Shown here piece after piece: positions 62,319-64,000 of a DNA stretch of 64,000 nt. The position numbers were made by a program, and so were the translations under genes. The notes beneath the pieces are model-generated. The model was not told the origin of the DNA, did no database searches, and saw only the letters and a program-made list of their open reading frames with translations. This DNA is from Orbicella franksi. Lineage: Eukaryota. Position 1 is the first letter of the stretch; every line of letters begins with the position of its first letter. The stretch lies in the NCBI GenBank assembly GCA_964199315.1, contig OZ116699.1, forward strand, positions 18,848,001-18,912,000, read 5' to 3'.

Positions 62319-63489
62319 GTTAACTCAAAAGTCTATGGAGGTGCATGTATATGTAGGGCTTCTTCGATTCCAAAAAGTCAATGCAGTGCTACACACAATG
62401 CAATGCAACCGGGTGCATCGGTACATGTGCACATGGCCCAGTATTAAAAATTGTAATGTGTAATTGTAAATGAATTGGGTGGGGTTGCATGTACTGGTAC
62501 ATGTGTACTTGGCCAAGGATTAATTAAAAATTGTAATGTATTTTACAGTATTTATTATTGCAATTAGTCTTAGTGTACATGTTATTCCTTGTGCTGCAGG
62601 ATGATGACGAGGACAAGTGCTTGCTGCAGCTGTAACTCTAGTGCTTGTGAGTGAGTAATCATTGTTACTGACAATATTATTTCCTCTTTTATGACTTGCT
62701 AGAACTTGCTAGAACTTGTTGGGAAAGTATTGAAAAGTCTGTGGTCTTTGGTTGTGGCTTAGGGCTTAATGTTACATAAGCTAGTTACTTAATGAAATGA
62801 AACAAAACAAAACCAAGACAAAGCAAACGAAACAAAACAAAACAAAACAAAAGAAAACCAAATAAAATCAAACAAAATCAAACCAAACAGTGCCTGTGGC
62901 TTGAGGCATAATATTGCAGAAGCAGGCATTAATTACCAGGGCTAACATGTATGAAACAAAATTAAATGAAATTGAGCACAGGAGCCTATGACCAGAGGGG
63001 TTATTCTACAGTCTGTGGTCAGGAAGCCCTCATTTGAGAATACTTTCAATGGAAACTACATTCCATCCAAGGGAGGTAGAAATACTTGAAGCCTCTCACG
63101 TTACAGAAAGAAACATCCCGCTTATTTCTTTGAAACGTCCCAAGAGCTGTACAATACTGATACAAAGGCTCAGCCATCTCAACTGTGAAGCTGTTTGAAG
63201 CTGATTATGAGCAAATGTTTTGGTCTCTCTTCTGCCTGTAATTTTTTTTGAGATTTCCATAAGGTATATAATGTAATGTACTAATTATAATTCTTTTAGT
63301 AACATTATGTTATAGTACAGTACATTATATTTAATAATAACAGAAGTATATCACCTAGGTGATATGCTTGTGATAATAATAATACATTTCATTACTTTGT
63401 GCTACATTGCAAATACTGTGTAATTTACAATACTGTACCCTGATAAGTAATATCTTAGAAATCGATTTTGTAATAATAAATAACAATAA

Positions 63490-63878
63490 AAAGTCATAAT
63501 GTTTCGACCACTCCAAGGTCATTTTCAAGTGTGTGTAGAAAATATATGAAATAAGCATAAATGTCTCTGACAGTAAAAAATAGTAAAAAATATCACAAAC
63601 AGTAGAATGCAATAATATATGTAAGATAAGTGATAAACATATTTACAGAGTTGAAGAGGGGACCTAAACCAGTGAGACAATAAAACAATACTAATAAGCC
63701 TAAAGAACTGATCTAAACAAATAATTTAGTGTGAATTGAATCACACTGTTTGTTCTGTGTTAATTTTAAAACTTTACTCATTGTCGTCTGGCTTCTTGTC
63801 ATGTTGCTCGCTAAGGTGGTTTCCAACTGCCCATCCTTTGTGTTCTTCAATTCATTGGTGTAGGTGTTGGCAAGTATA
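63490..63878 (-). mobile_element. Degenerate Penelope-like retroelement 3-prime end (GIY-YIG C-terminal remnant)
   Basis: The minus strand reads YTCQHLHQ*IEEHKGWAVGNHLSEQHD..., then NKQCDSIHTKLFV*, followed by acttgaaaatgaccttggagtggtcgaaaca. This matches the end of Penelope-like ORFs as I recall them; not verified by search. Confidence 0.6.
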
Positions 63879-64000
63879 ATTTAGAATACTGTGAATATAT
63901 TGTATGTAGAAAATAAGTACATGTATCACTATGAGGCTTATATGACTTGTTTTTAAGACTTTTGTGGTACCTGTGCAAATGCTTTGCCAACTGAACTACT

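Noticed and set aside
62795-62890. (AAAAC)n-type tract, and (AATG/AATC)n at 32160-32190
   Set aside because: Ordinary microsatellites.

Overview
AT-rich, intron-rich eukaryotic genomic DNA. It is inferred to be an anthozoan, probably a stony coral, from the gene content and abundant short inverted-repeat elements. The left 37 kb holds a tandem cluster of three minus-strand, kinase-less FGF-receptor-like (FGFRL1-type) Ig-superfamily genes, which I reconstructed by hand from splice sites. Gene A (37204-26843) encodes signal, Ig1, Ig2, Ig3, TM and a 141-aa tail with His/Cys heptads. Gene B (13527 or further upstream, to 7813) encodes an S/T-rich exon, Ig2, Ig3, stalk, TM and a 14-aa tail; its leader exon was not found. 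Gene C (4419 to beyond the left edge) encodes a signal exon with a GC-AG intron followed by an internally duplicated Ig2-Ig3 cassette. The right end holds a 3-exon ADP-ribosylhydrolase ARH3 (ADPRS/ADPRHL2) gene on the minus strand. It lies head-to-head, 124 bp ATG to ATG, with an intronless ~300-aa ORF of unknown function that has a mitochondrial-presequence-like N-terminus. ARH3 intron 1 carries a 3.3-kb decayed DNA transposon with ~390-bp TIRs and a nested element. Many MITE-like elements, SINE fragments and a Penelope-like remnant are scattered throughout. No rRNA, bona fide tRNA or CRISPR array was seen.
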